From Octopus bimaculoides (lineage: Eukaryota), in assembly GCF_001194135.2 (NCBI RefSeq), contig NC_069001.1, positions 964,448 to 1,007,949 on the forward strand: a stretch of DNA of 43,502 nucleotides. The letters run 5' to 3'. Positions 1 to 11,924 of the stretch are shown here, in pieces (within the stretch, counting starts at the first letter, position 1; every line of letters begins with the position of its first letter). A program made the translations under genes and the position numbers. Below the pieces are notes generated by a model. That model saw nothing but the letters and a program-made list of their open reading frames with translations, had not been told where the DNA came from and ran no database searches.

Positions 1-333
1 AAATGTGCTGTGCGTGAGAAGACCCGGCAAGCCAAGTAAGATCGTTGCCAGTGCCCCTGGACTGGCTCTTGTGCGGGTGGCACATAAGGTGCACCATTTT
101 GAGCGTGGCCGTTGCCAGTATCGCCTGACTGGCCTTCGTGCAGGTGACACGTAAAAGCACCCACTACGCTCTCTGAGTGGTTGGCGTTAGGAAGGGCATC
201 CAGCTGTAGAAACTCTGCCAAATTTAGATTGGAGCCTGGTGTTGCCATCCGGTTTCACCAGTCCTCAGTCAAATCGTCCAACCCATGCTAGCATGGAAAG
301 CGGACGTTAAACGATGATGATGATGATGATGAT
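1..333 (+). mobile_element. Abundant retroposon 3' end with (GAT)n tail (RTE-associated SINE/LINE family)
   Basis: gagtggttggcgttaggaagggcatccagctgtagaaac..ccaacccatgctagcatggaaagcggacgttaaacgatgatgat. Diverged copies at 4325-4600, 9655-9850 and 34145-34310 (+), and at 26745-27010, 33330-33490 and 35490-35700 (-). Confidence 0.75.
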
Positions 334-455
334 ACGCTGTATAGAACATCGGCGAGTGTATAGGAAAATACACTAGCTGCTATTTCTAGCAAGTCAAGTT
401 CGTTGTTTCTGCAAGAGAAGGGAGAAGGGTGAGTTAATGAAGGGAGATAACTGAC

Positions 456-646
456 CTTTAATAACCGTTTCAATATACAAATTCTTTTCATTCTGTCTAT
501 TTGTTCATCAGAGACGGTCATTTTCATGTCGGCCGACTGGATGTGACTCCTCCGCCGCTGGTTGCGATCCGTTCCAACAATAGTGAGATTCCGTCTTTCA
601 AGTTGTTTGTACAGTTCCTTTAGGTCGTCATTACTGCTGTCGTAAT
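456..646 (-). CDS. cnk: cnk exon (DYDSSNDDLKELYKQLERRNLTIVGTDRNQRRRSHIQSADMKMTVSDEQIDRMKRICILKRLLK; phase 1 to 0)
   Basis: Core of ORF 288-833. Acceptor ggtttgtgttgtag|AT; donor AAG|gtcagt. DLKELYKQLE resembles the helical LxxLYxxLE segment of CNK2/IPCEF1 C-terminal regions. The gene continues beyond the window. Confidence 0.85.
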
Positions 647-1325
647 CTACAACACAAACCATCATTATCAGCATAATAATGATAATCGTCTTCAATGTTT
701 TAATTAATGCACAAATCAACAGCACGTTAACAACACCTCCCCGCCCGCCCACCATCCACTGTGCATGCGTGCACACATGCATGTTTGTGCATTTATGTAT
801 ATGTGGGTGTGATTTCCCATTAGAGCAGATCAAAGATGACCAACACCAAATATATGAAGTTGTGGCATTCCTTCATCAGACACTTTACACACACACACAG
901 AGTTTCCTAACTGGAATAAAGAAAAGGTTGTTTGTAAATCCCACTCTCTCGCCTTTCTGATGAACAGGAAAAACTCAAGTCCAGTGTTTCAACACATGTA
1001 CCTGTCCAGATCTCCAGGTGAGTCAAAGACTGATGCACTCGTGTGGCACCTTTGGTGTCACATTAAGCAGTTGCCTGAGAGGATATCCTATCAGCATTGT
1101 TCAAAGGACCTTAAACATCACACACAGGTACAAATTCCACAAGTTGCTTAAATCAATGAAGTCCACCCCAGGAGAGCAGAGACAGATGAAAGGCAAGGCT
1201 GACCTCGGTGAGATTCGAAATTAGAACATATCGAGACGTGAACGTCACATTTCGTATGATGCTCTACTGATTCTGCCAATATCTCACACTGAAGACAGTG
1301 ATTAATAATGAGAAATGGTGATTAC

Positions 1326-1409
1326 CTTTTCCTTCGGAATGTTCTGAAAGTTCTTGATGGGAGCTTGCATCATCATTGTCATCTTCACTTTCACTGTAGT
1401 AGACATCAG
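1326..1409 (-). CDS. cnk: cnk acidic exon (DVYYSESEDDNDDASSHQELSEHSEGK; phase 1 to 1)
   Basis: Acceptor ttactctgtttcag|CT; donor AAA G|gtaatc. YSESE resembles the (Y/W)SES(E/D) motif after the CNK PH domain. Confidence 0.88.
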
Positions 1410-2437
1410 CTGAAACAGAGTAAAAACAAGGTTTTACAAGAAAAGTTTAGCAAATAAATTTCCTTTAAGCAAAAATTTATTCAAAATGTTTGTTTTAACC
1501 CATAAAAAACAGGAAAAGGGTGCAGAGATGTGTGTACCAAACAAGCTAAAAAAAAAATTCTTTCTTTTTCTTAAGGGCAATTTTTAAACTTATTTTCACT
1601 TTAATATTCAAAGTACAAAAACTAGAGTAATTGCACAACAAAATTTTCAATCTCATTATTGAAAAATGCTGTAAAATATTCACTTTCCTTTGATGATGGC
1701 CTTGTCCATGTAAAAATTTAAAAACTTCAATCGATAATATCCACTATTTAAGAATTAAAAGTGTGAGAGAGAAACACTGGCAAACATGAATGAGGTCTCT
1801 TAATAAAACAGGCAGGAAAGAAACTATTCACTCGTTATCTCCCTTGACAAGCTGACTTTCCAACAAACAAAATATTGCCAGAGAAAATCCAATTGCTATA
1901 TGGATGACATATTAACCATTCAAAAAGAACACAAAGACTTCACATCAGTATTGTTTGGTGACAGTCTTTGTGTGTTTTCAAATGGCCAATGTGTGTGTGT
2001 GTCTTCTGTGATACAATCGTTTTATCTTCAACAAAACCAGATCTGGCAAACACACCTCCAAAAAACTATTATATTTCATTCCACACATCATCTTTTGGTG
2101 AATGTATATCAACGATACAGTTTCTATTTACTTGCTTGACCTATTAAAAACAGCAGCTAAATTTCCCTTAATTTACTTGTTACCAATTTAGAAACAAATG
2201 AACAGACTGGAAAAAAACTAGTGCTAGATACACTAAGTCTGAAAAACAGCAGCCAACCATAGAAACTATATGCCAAGGGAAGGACGCCATCTATGTGGGC
2301 TGTAGCAGGGAGGCCCCAACACTGAATAAGAGCTGACTTGGACAATGAAATCCATTTGATCCATTGCAGGGTGGAAAATCGACAGGGAATGAAGGTGAAA
2401 TCAGTGACTCTAAAAGAAGACGTAAAGTGATACTTAC

Positions 2438-2550
2438 TTTGTACAGCATGAGGGGTGTTGACTGGTTTGTCGGGTTTTATAAAACCTCCTGTTGTGCTAA
2501 CATTCGACATATCATAGTTAATAGCAGCTAATCCCATCTTGTTCATCCAC
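2438..2550 (-). CDS. cnk: cnk exon with the PH C-terminal helix (WMNKMGLAAINYDMSNVSTTGGFIKPDKPVNTPHAVQ; phase 2 to 1)
   Basis: Acceptor (tc)n-aatcctag|G TGG supplies the invariant PH tryptophan; donor CAA A|gtaagt. Confidence 0.9.
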
Positions 2551-2555
2551 CTAGG

Positions 2556-2611
<56 letters not shown>

Positions 2612-2800
2612 TAATTAAAAATCTATAACAATGATATAACTAGGAGTGTGTTATTTAGAATCTACTTGGAATATTGCAGTGAGATATGCACAATAAACAT
2701 GCACACACATTATATATAACACAACAGACATGAATACACACACACACAAAGAAACAAACAGCAGAGGACAGAAGAGGAAAAACGAAATGGAGTTGCTTAC

Positions 2801-2869
2801 TTGCTCATGTCATCTTGACGTTCAGAGGCAAAGTAGAATGTGGTGCCAGCATTGTGTACCTTGAAGGCA
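2801..2869 (-). CDS. cnk: cnk PH domain exon 3 (AFKVHNAGTTFYFASERQDDMSK; phase 2 to 2)
   Basis: Acceptor tctactttcag|T GCC; donor AA|gtaagc. Contains the FYFAxE PH motif. Confidence 0.93.
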
Positions 2870-2981
2870 CTGAAAGTAGAAACAGAAAAGGCATGAAAGG
2901 TCAGACATAAAGGGCTCAGAAAAGGGATAGAAAAGGAAGAAGGAACAAGGGGAACATAAAGATCCTTTCCTGGTAACAGTT

Positions 2982-3015
<34 letters not shown>

Positions 3016-3019
3016 TAGT

Positions 3020-3230
3020 AATTTATAGGCACAAGGCCTGAAATTTTGTGGGAGGGGACTAGTCGATAACATCGACCCCAGTATTTCACTGGTACTTAAT
3101 TTATCAACCTTGAAAGAATGAAAGAAAGTCAACCTCAGCAGAATTTGAACTCAGAACGCAAACACGGATGAAATGTTGCTAAGAATTTTGTCCACCACGC
3201 CAACGATTTTGTCAGCTCACTGCCTTGAGT
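3020..3230 (-). mobile_element. Family A SINE copy
   Basis: aggcctgaaattttg..atcgaccccagt..ctggtacttaatt..gaatttgaactcagaac..cactgcct. Confidence 0.75.
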
Positions 3231-3319
3231 AATAATAATAATAATAATAATAATAACTTATGAGAACAATACAAGAAAATTAACCAGATTCATGTAAAAC
3301 ATTACTTGAAATGTAACAT

Positions 3320-3356
<37 letters not shown>

Positions 3357-4981
3357 AGATAGACAGATAGATAGATAACATGTTTATTCAAAAATATAGT
3401 GAGAGGGTCTGAAACAGTAGAAAGTCATCTAAAAAGACGACGACGACGACAACAACAACAACAACAGCAAAGGGACTTACCATCAGAAAAAGGGAACAAG
3501 AACATAGGACAATTATTACAACAGAAAGAAGTACAACATAAAGTACAACATGGAGTACAGCATAAGGAAACTGAAAAGACATTGTACATGCTACAGAAGG
3601 AAGCAGACAATATTTAGGTTATTAAAAAAAAAACAGTTGTTCATTTTATATAGAGTATATATCAGATAATCGAACTGGGTGTCGGACGTTGTTATACATC
3701 GCTAACCACAATGCGCTTTGCATTGTTTTTGCTTTTGAATGGCACCACCCCACTGGCGAGACAAGAATGGTCAAGTACATATATATATTTATATACCACA
3801 TGGTATCAACCAGACATTTGAAGGATGCCTACCCACAGGTTAGGCAGGGAAGTGAACATTTTCCCTGAAAAGAAAGCCAGTCTGTGGCAGAGTCAGCCAT
3901 TTACAGCTGATTGGACTGGAACAAGGTGAAATGAAGTGTTTTGCTCAAGAACACAACACATCACCCAGTCTGGGAATTGAAACTACAATCTCATATTTGC
4001 AATTGCAATACCCTAACAACTGGACCACAAACCATCACATAGAAGTGTGTGTGTGTTAATAAAACAATGGTTTTGCTGATGGTGTTAATTGCTTGCAGCC
4101 CATCATTAAAGTACATCCAGGCTTCTGGATTATGCTTTGACATGTTTTGTGTGATCTTTGTGGCCAAAAGCCTCATTCGTAAAATGCTGTTCGCTTCCAG
4201 TGCTCCATGTAAACATGTCCAGGATGTTTGTTGTTTGACACACTGGAAGATTATTAGACACCACTTGGAAAGAAATGGCAGCAGGAAGAGAACCCAGTTG
4301 TCTGAGACACTCAAATAATACAAGTCTGACCAATGCTGACATGGGAAAATGGACATTAACAGACAGACATACACACATACATATACACACAACAGAATTG
4401 TGGTAGTGTCACATAAAAAGCACTTGGGTTGGTGCCACGTTAAAAGCCTCCAGTACACTCTGTGAAGTGGTTGGCATCCACTTGTAGAAACCATGCAAGA
4501 ACAGACAATGGAGCCTGTGTGGCTCTTGACCATATCAGTCCTGATCAAACCATCCAACTCATGCCAGTATGGAAAACGGACACATCTTGAGGAGGTAGAC
4601 GATTGGTTGTATCTGAAGAGGGTCATTATTAATAGTGAAGATGGTGTGAGTGGTGGTGGTGGTGGTGGATGCTGACCACAACTGTAGCAGTGATGTTGGT
4701 TGTGATAGCGGATGGAATGGCAGAAGAAAAAAAACTGTCCCGAGACACAATGAAATATATTTCAACACACGAGTTTACATCAAGAATCTTGCAAACCAAA
4801 TACAACACACACACACGAATGGTGTAACAGAAATTAAGAATTACCATTTTGTTCCTCATACATTCAGCTATTTTATGAATGTATAAGCAAAGTCTCTGTG
4901 TAGCTATGTGTACACACACACAGAAACACATAAATACACACACATACACAAATACATAAATACACACACATACACAGATAG

Positions 4982-5034
<53 letters not shown>

Positions 5035-5399
5035 TATGTATGTATACACACACACACAAAATAAGCAATGTTTTATTATCCATGTGCAAACAAACAATTT
5101 GAGGTCAAACAAGAAATCTAGAAAACAAGTGAAATTTAAGCGACGATTGTCTCCCCTTGGTTTGGAAAGAAGGGGTGAGAGGGAGCACAAAGTAGTGTGG
5201 TGGTGGTGGTGGGGGCAGTGAAGACACCAGATCTCTGAGTACTGTAAATGGTAGCATGCTTGTCTGACAAGCAACAGATTCAGGTTTCAATCTGGTTCAT
5301 TTGCACTCAGAACATATCCAAGAACGTAACTAAATACTGAAAGGTATTTCAGTCAGACACACCAGTAATTCTGCCACTTCACCACCATAATCAATATAA

Positions 5400-5917
5400 A
5401 TAATAATAATCCTTTATACTATAGGTGCAAGGCCTGAAATTTTCGGGTAGTTGATTACATTGATCTCTGTGCATAACTGGTACTTAGTTTATTGATCCTG
5501 AAAGCAGAGTCTACCCCAGCGGAATTTGAACTCAGAACATAAAAATGGATGAAATGCCACGAAGCATTTTGTCCAGCGTGCTAATGATTCTGCCAACTGA
5601 CTGTCTTCATAATGATGATAATATTAATTTCAAATTTTTCCCACAAGGGCAGCTTGGGGAAGGTGGGGATGAGTCGAATACATCGACCCCAGTCTTCAGT
5701 TGGCACTTAATTTACAAACCCCGCAAAGGCTTGAAATTTGAGGGGAGGGGAATAGTCAGTTATGTCAATGCTTCATTGGTACTTAATTTATTGACCCCTA
5801 AATGATGAAAAGCGAAATCGACCTCAGCAGAATTTGAACTCAAAACGTAGTGACTTGCAAAATACCGCTAAGCATTTCATCCAGCATGCTAACAATTCTG
5901 CCAGCATCACTGCCTTC

Positions 5918-5980
<63 letters not shown>

Positions 5981-7145
5981 GTTTCAAATTTTAAAGATTT
6001 TAAATATTACCAACCCCAGTACATGACTGGTACTTTATTGTATTAACCCTGAAGCATGAAAGGTCAAGTTGACCTCAGGAGGATTTGAACTCAGAATATA
6101 AAGAGCAAAAACAAATAATGCAAGGCATTTTTTCCTGATGCTCCAAACAATTCTGCCAACCACCACCCAAAATAATAATAACAATAATAATGATAATAAT
6201 AATTATAATAATAATAATAATAACAATAATAATGATAATAATAATTATAATAATAAAAATGATAATAATGCTGATGATAATAATAATAATAATAATAATA
6301 ATACCATTATTATTATTATTGTTAATAATGATTTCTTTTGTTCTTTATTTATTCATGAAGCCTGGAATATTTCCGATGTGGGTGGGTGGGCATACAAAGT
6401 TTATATAACATAACAATGATGGGGAGCGGGAGGGGAGGGCGGAATTATCAGAATTTGTGTTGTTGTTATGGTGATACAATCAGAAAAGAAAACATGTTTG
6501 TATTTTAACAAAGTGAGTCATTGGAAAGACACTCCCTTTTGGGTTGATGACAACAACAACAACAATAACTGTTTTGAATTTTGGCTCAAGGCCAGCAATT
6601 TTAAGGGGAGAGAGAGAGAGAGAGATAGTGGATTACATCGACCCAGGGCTGGATTAAAACCCATCAACGACCGAAGCACTTAAAAGGCTTCAGTGCTCCT
6701 CTGTGCTTACGTAATCTAAAACGGAAACAATAATAAGCCACAAATTAGTGGGATTTGAACTCAGAAGACAAACAGCCGGAACAAATACTGCAAAGCATTT
6801 TGTTCTGTCAACCTCAATAATAATAATAATAAAACTTCTGAACAATAATAATAATAATAATTAGTCCTTTCCATTTTTATCAACCCCAAAAGGACGAAAA
6901 ACAGAAGTGACCTTGGCAGAATTTGAACTCAGAACATAAAGGGCAAGGGGATATTTGCACTAAGCATTTTGTCCACCGTGCTAACAATTTGACTGCCTCA
7001 CACAATAAAGATAATAATAATAATGATTTCAAATTTTGGCCAATAGGCCAACAGTTATGGGAAGGGGGTAAATTGATTCTATTTACCCCAGTGCTTAACC
7101 GGTATTTTGCCTGGTGTGCTAACGATTCTGCCAGCTCAACGCCTT
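5400..7145 (-). mobile_element. Cluster of about seven co-oriented family A SINE copies or fragments separated by (AAT)n tracts
   Basis: Recurrent gaatttgaactcag / gcattttgtcc / ttctgcca blocks near 5400-5610, 5620-5915, 5980-6170, 6560-6810, 6860-7010 and 7025-7145. Confidence 0.8.
5919..5980. repeat. (AAT)n microsatellite, representative of very many (TA)n, (CA)n, (GA)n, (AAT)n and (GGT)n tracts across the window
   Basis: Direct reading. Other long tracts at 2558-2610 (GA), 4985-5032 (TA), 22884-22945 (ATT) and 41250-41296 (GA). Confidence 0.95.
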
Positions 7146-8017
7146 GATGACGACAATGCCACCGCTGACAACAACAATAATAATAATAATAATACAGCAT
7201 TCCAACACGACTATATAACACTTTGAAATATCTTTCAATAAAAAAAGAAATGTAAAAATGAAAAGATATTGAAATAAAACAAAAACCATTTACAAACAGC
7301 AAAAATGACAATAGCAAGAGGTACCAGGTAAGGCATCAAAACTAATTAAAGCGTGTGTGTGTGCGTGTGTATCCATAATTAAAATTATACCATTATGTAA
7401 ATGAGTTATGCCCTCATTCTTGATTAAGCTTTAATAATTAGTTCTTTGCCACAAACATTTAAGTACCTTAATAAGGAAAGATTAACGAATCTTGAATTGT
7501 TACATAACAGAAAAGGCAAGTTCAATCCACCCTCAAGGCTGTCGAAATCAAGCCTTGTTTTTATAAAGAGATAAAATATTCTTGGCTATAAACTCGTATG
7601 TTTATTGCCTTAGCATTTTTACCATGTGGAATTGGAATTACAGCTGGATCCAATCATAATCTAACTAGACTTCCTTTCAAGGGTTAAATACTCAAATATA
7701 AGACTAGAAACATGGGTTTTGGACATTCAAGTAATCTGAGGCATGCAGAGTTATGTCCCTTCCTCAAGAACCAGATTCATTGGTGTTATAATCATTTTTG
7801 CATAGACATGTAGCCAAATACTATGGACCAGCCCTGGAAACTCAGAACATGTGGCAGTGGAACAGAAAAACATAGAATCAGCCCAACACGATGAAAGGAA
7901 AAGAAAAACACTAAAAACAACAACAATATGTAACATTAATAAAGATTATATGACATTGTCATCTAAGAAATAAAATATATATACACCATTTAGATACCTG
8001 ACAGTGCTCATACTCAC

Positions 8018-8026
8018 CCGTGTTCA
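8018..8026 (-). CDS. cnk: Candidate 9-nt microexon TGAACACGG (phase 2 to 2; would insert EHG into the PH domain)
   Basis: tttttctttacttttctaaattttggcactcatttag|TGAACACGG|gtgagta. Perfect donor, frame preserved, and no AG for about 238 nt upstream. Confidence 0.4.
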
Positions 8027-8170
8027 CTAAATGAGTGCCAAAAATTTAGAAAAGTAAAGAAAAAAATACAATAAAGTAATAAAAAAATTCGAGTGAAAAT
8101 GTGACAATATTGCAGAGTGAAACAAAATTTGTGAGAAAGAGTCCACACACACACACACATATATATATTC

Positions 8171-8203
<33 letters not shown>

Positions 8204-8978
8204 TATATATTCATAATATATATGTGTGTATATATGTGTGTATATGTTGAAAAAAAGAGTTCATAACTCCAACTAAAAACATTTGTCTCCCCTTACACAC
8301 ACTTCCTGTTTTGACACCACACTTCCTGCTTAACACAAACTTTTAACCCTATTTTTAAACCTAACACAACTCTCAACTCTCATGCATCCTTATTTTTCCA
8401 ACCATTATCTACATGGATTACCATTGAACTTTAAAAGCTCAAAGACAATATAATGTATTGGTATAGTTATTTTTTTATATATTATTTTCTTCATTTTGTA
8501 CTTCTTTGTAAAAAACATTTTCATTCTCCCTCTTCTTGAAAATTTGCTTTCGCAATGAAAGCCGGTTAGAGAAATCTTTATTAAAATATGCTTGAAGTTT
8601 AGCATTCTGCCGTATTATTATTTTTCATTTTCCTATATATATATATATATATCTCATACAAACATAATTTACACCTTAGAAGAAAAATTAGCTAATTCTG
8701 TCATATATACATAATTGTTGCTATTATGTTAAAGTGTCATATGTCCTAATTTGGCCAAATCCATTTTTTTCAATATTTATTTTTGCTTGCAATAGCCAGT
8801 TCTTTTTGGTCAAACTATCGTATCTCCAGCTGCTTCAGATGCCAAGATATCAAAAACTGTCAAAGGTGTAGTACAACAGTTTTACTATGGAATGGTGAAA
8901 CTATTTTTTCGTTTTCTGAAAAAGTATCTATACATACACACACACACAAAGACCTCCTTGACGAAAAAACCAACTTAC

Positions 8979-9055
8979 AATTTCTTGGATTTCATTTCAG
9001 GAGCAGGTGAGACTTTAAATGCAGGTAAATGGATCACACCCTCAGCTTTCAAATC
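8979..9055 (-). CDS. cnk: cnk PH domain exon 2 (DLKAEGVIHLPAFKVSPAPEMKSKKF; phase 0 to 2)
   Basis: Not in the ORF track; read manually. Acceptor ttgtcttgttttccag|GAT; donor TT|gtaagt. Matches the CNK PH pattern KAEGFIxLPxFK. Confidence 0.93.
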
Positions 9056-9319
9056 CTGGAAAACAAGACAATACCTCAGATAGGTTAATTAGGGTCCCCA
9101 CATCACAAATACACATCATATATGCAGCAGGAGAAGGAATCACTCAACAGGTCTGGACCTTCCTTGCCAGCACGATCTCTATTCTAGTCCCTATTCTCTC
9201 TTATACTCAAGTTCTTGTACATTGAAACCAGGTCCTCACACCTCTCTCTTCATCTCTCTTTCCAGTTGTTCCATCCCATTCTTATATAATGCAGGGAGCA
9301 ACCATGTATCTCTCCACAT

Positions 9320-9537
9320 CCGTGGTTCCCAACCATCTTTGCCTGCCTATGGACACCTTTATCTCCTGTCATTCAAGGATTAACAAATCCATTTATATTT
9401 TTTATGTTATCAGGAATTGTATTAATAAAAATTATTTTGTGTATTGTAAGAGGATAACTAATTTATTGCAGATAAATTTTAACAAAATCTTATATGGACT
9501 CCTGAAGGGCCATTTGGATCCCGGTTGAGAATTCCTG
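9320..9537. mobile_element. Degenerate hAT (Charlie-like) MITE, 218 bp
   Basis: Ends ccgtggttcccaacc / ggttgagaattcctg; flanks ctccacat / ctccacag (7 of 8 TSD match). Confidence 0.75.
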
Positions 9538-9928
9538 CTCCACAGAAAGACACTTGTTCCTGTCCTGGCACAAAGCCAGCTTCCTCTCTTTTACAATCCG
9601 ATTCAGTTGAGAGCTTTTATGATGTTTATTTTATCTTTCCTTTTGCAAGTTACACGGCAACCTTACTTGTGCTGGTGACACAGAAAATAAGGCACCCACT
9701 AAACACTGTAAAGTGGTTGGCATTAGGAAGGGCATGTTGCCATGGAAACCCTGCCAAAGCAGACACTGGAGCTTGACACCATCCTCCAACTCATCAGATC
9801 CTGTCAAACCTATATCAGCATGGAAGACAGGTGTTAAATGATGATGATCAAGACAATCATGCTGATACAGGTACATACAAATGCCAATTAGCTAATAGTG
9901 AATCTATTTTAATAACTGTTTGTAATTA

Positions 9929-10204
<276 letters not shown>

Positions 10205-10689
10205 TTACAACACAAAAAAAGACGACGACAACAAATGACAATTTCATTTACCAAAATATAATACATCAGATTGGGACAGGGGCTTTAGACATTTTGGCAC
10301 AACAGTTCTGGCCCTTGCTTACTTGTTTAGCTTTCTTCATCACGTTGTGTGTGTGTGTGGTGGCTGATGAAACGCTAACAAAATGTGGAAAAGCAAAGTT
10401 TTCTCACAAAGGATTTCAGTACATCTTTGACAAAGTAGAAACTAACTAAAAGTCAAGGAGAGAGAGAGAGATTAAGAAACACATATGTATGTCCTTCTCT
10501 AGAGCCAAAAAGTACAGTTAGTAAAACAGATTCAATGGCCAGTCAGTCATGGAAAATTACCAGTGTCCAAACAGCCCTTGACCAAACATCTGATTCTGTT
10601 GAGAAAAGGGGTTTTGGCCCTGTGGCAAGTTGAACAATCACCCTTCAACCCATCATAACTAAGTTATGGTGGGTGCTGTGATAACCAGT

Positions 10690-11365
10690 GATATATAACA
10701 AGTTGCCATGGCAATGAGCCATACAAAGCAGGTTTGCTCTAGTAATTGGACAAACATGGAAGTTTGCCCTGGCAATCATATATACATAAGAAATGGCCCC
10801 TAGTAACACGTTTGTACATGGAAGGCTGCCTTGGCAATCAGTTTGTACAGGGAAGGCTTCCAATGGCAATCAGATATACATGGCAAGTTGTCCGAGTAAC
10901 TATCTACAGGTAGCAGGTTGCCCTAGCAATTAGCTGATACATGAAAGGTTGTCACAAAATACCAGTTATACGTTGTGGATTACACAAGCAATTCAATTAT
11001 ATAAGTCAGGGTTGCTATAGCAATCAAAATATATGTGAAATACTGCCATAAAAACCAGCTATACATCAGTTAAGTTGCCCTGGCAATCAGTTATGTATGG
11101 CAGGTTGCCCTGGCAATCAGTTATGTATGGCAGGTTGCCCTGGCAATCAGTTATGTATGGCAGGTTGCCCTGGCAATCAGCTGTGTATGGCAGGTTGCCC
11201 TGGCAATCAGCTGTGTATGGTAGGTTGCCCTGGCAATCAGCTGTGTATGATAGGTTGCCCTGGCAATCATCTGTGTATGGCAGGTTGCCCTGGCAACCTG
11301 CTATAATTAGCAAGTCACCTTGACAACCAGATATAAACTAACAGCAGGTTACCTTGACAACTATC
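10690..11365. repeat. 30-bp minisatellite (caggttgccctggcaatcagYtRtgtatgg)n; homogeneous core 11071-11300, degenerate flanks
   Basis: About 7.7 near-identical 30-bp units, plus diverged units at roughly 30-31 bp spacing from about 10690 to 11365. Confidence 0.95.
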
Positions 11366-11893
11366 TATAAATGACCCAGCTGCCTATAATTAGCCTGTAT
11401 ATAATTAGGTTGCTTATAATTAGTCATTATCCAACTGTGCTACAAGCTGTGAGCTGCAAATAACATACGAATCTCTCTCTTTCTCTTTCTGCACTGGAAT
11501 GTGCACTGTTAGATGCATTGAAATGCAGCAGCTGCATATGACAATATTTAATTACAAAAGGAAGAGAAATAATATAGGTGCAACAAATGTTTGCAGCAAA
11601 TGTGTGCAGTGTGCAGTGTTACAGGTAATAGTGCATACTAATAAGATGCAATAACTTGTTAATAGGTTGTTGGTGTTGTTATGGTTAAAGGAGTCATTGG
11701 GATTAGGTGCTGAGTGTGTGTGTGCACATGTGTATATGTGTGTGTGTTTACATTATTTCGTTGTGCATGTGCGGTTGTGTAACTGAGCACATGCGTATAA
11801 TTGTGCACGTGTGTATGTGTGCATAGATGTATAGGTGTGTGTGTGTATGTGATTATGAGTGTTAGAATATGTGAGGGAGAGTAAGAGGCAAAC

Positions 11894-11924
<31 letters not shown>

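Noticed and set aside
288-833. 181-aa ORF as a standalone gene
   Set aside because: Only 456-646 is exon-like and bounded by splice sites; the flanks are simple repeat and retroposon sequence.
2157-2437. ORF 2157-2546 continues 93 codons past the donor; an acceptor at 2409
   Set aside because: A perfect GTAAGT donor at 2437 links in phase to exon 1409. The read-through has no recognisable homology, and the 28-nt spacing is too short for an intron.
6584-6740. CAGGGCTGGATT start suggesting another hAT element inside a SINE
   Set aside because: No matching right TIR or TSD could be found, so boundaries cannot be supported.
10323-10374. Purine-rich segment with donor AACAA|gtaagc
   Set aside because: Candidate lengths of 41 and 52 nt hit stops in phase 1, and its ATG frame does not match the next acceptor. 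No support beyond the donor.
11071-11300. Regular 30-bp repeats resembling a CRISPR array
   Set aside because: Units are contiguous with no unique spacers, there are no cas genes, and the context is a eukaryotic intron.
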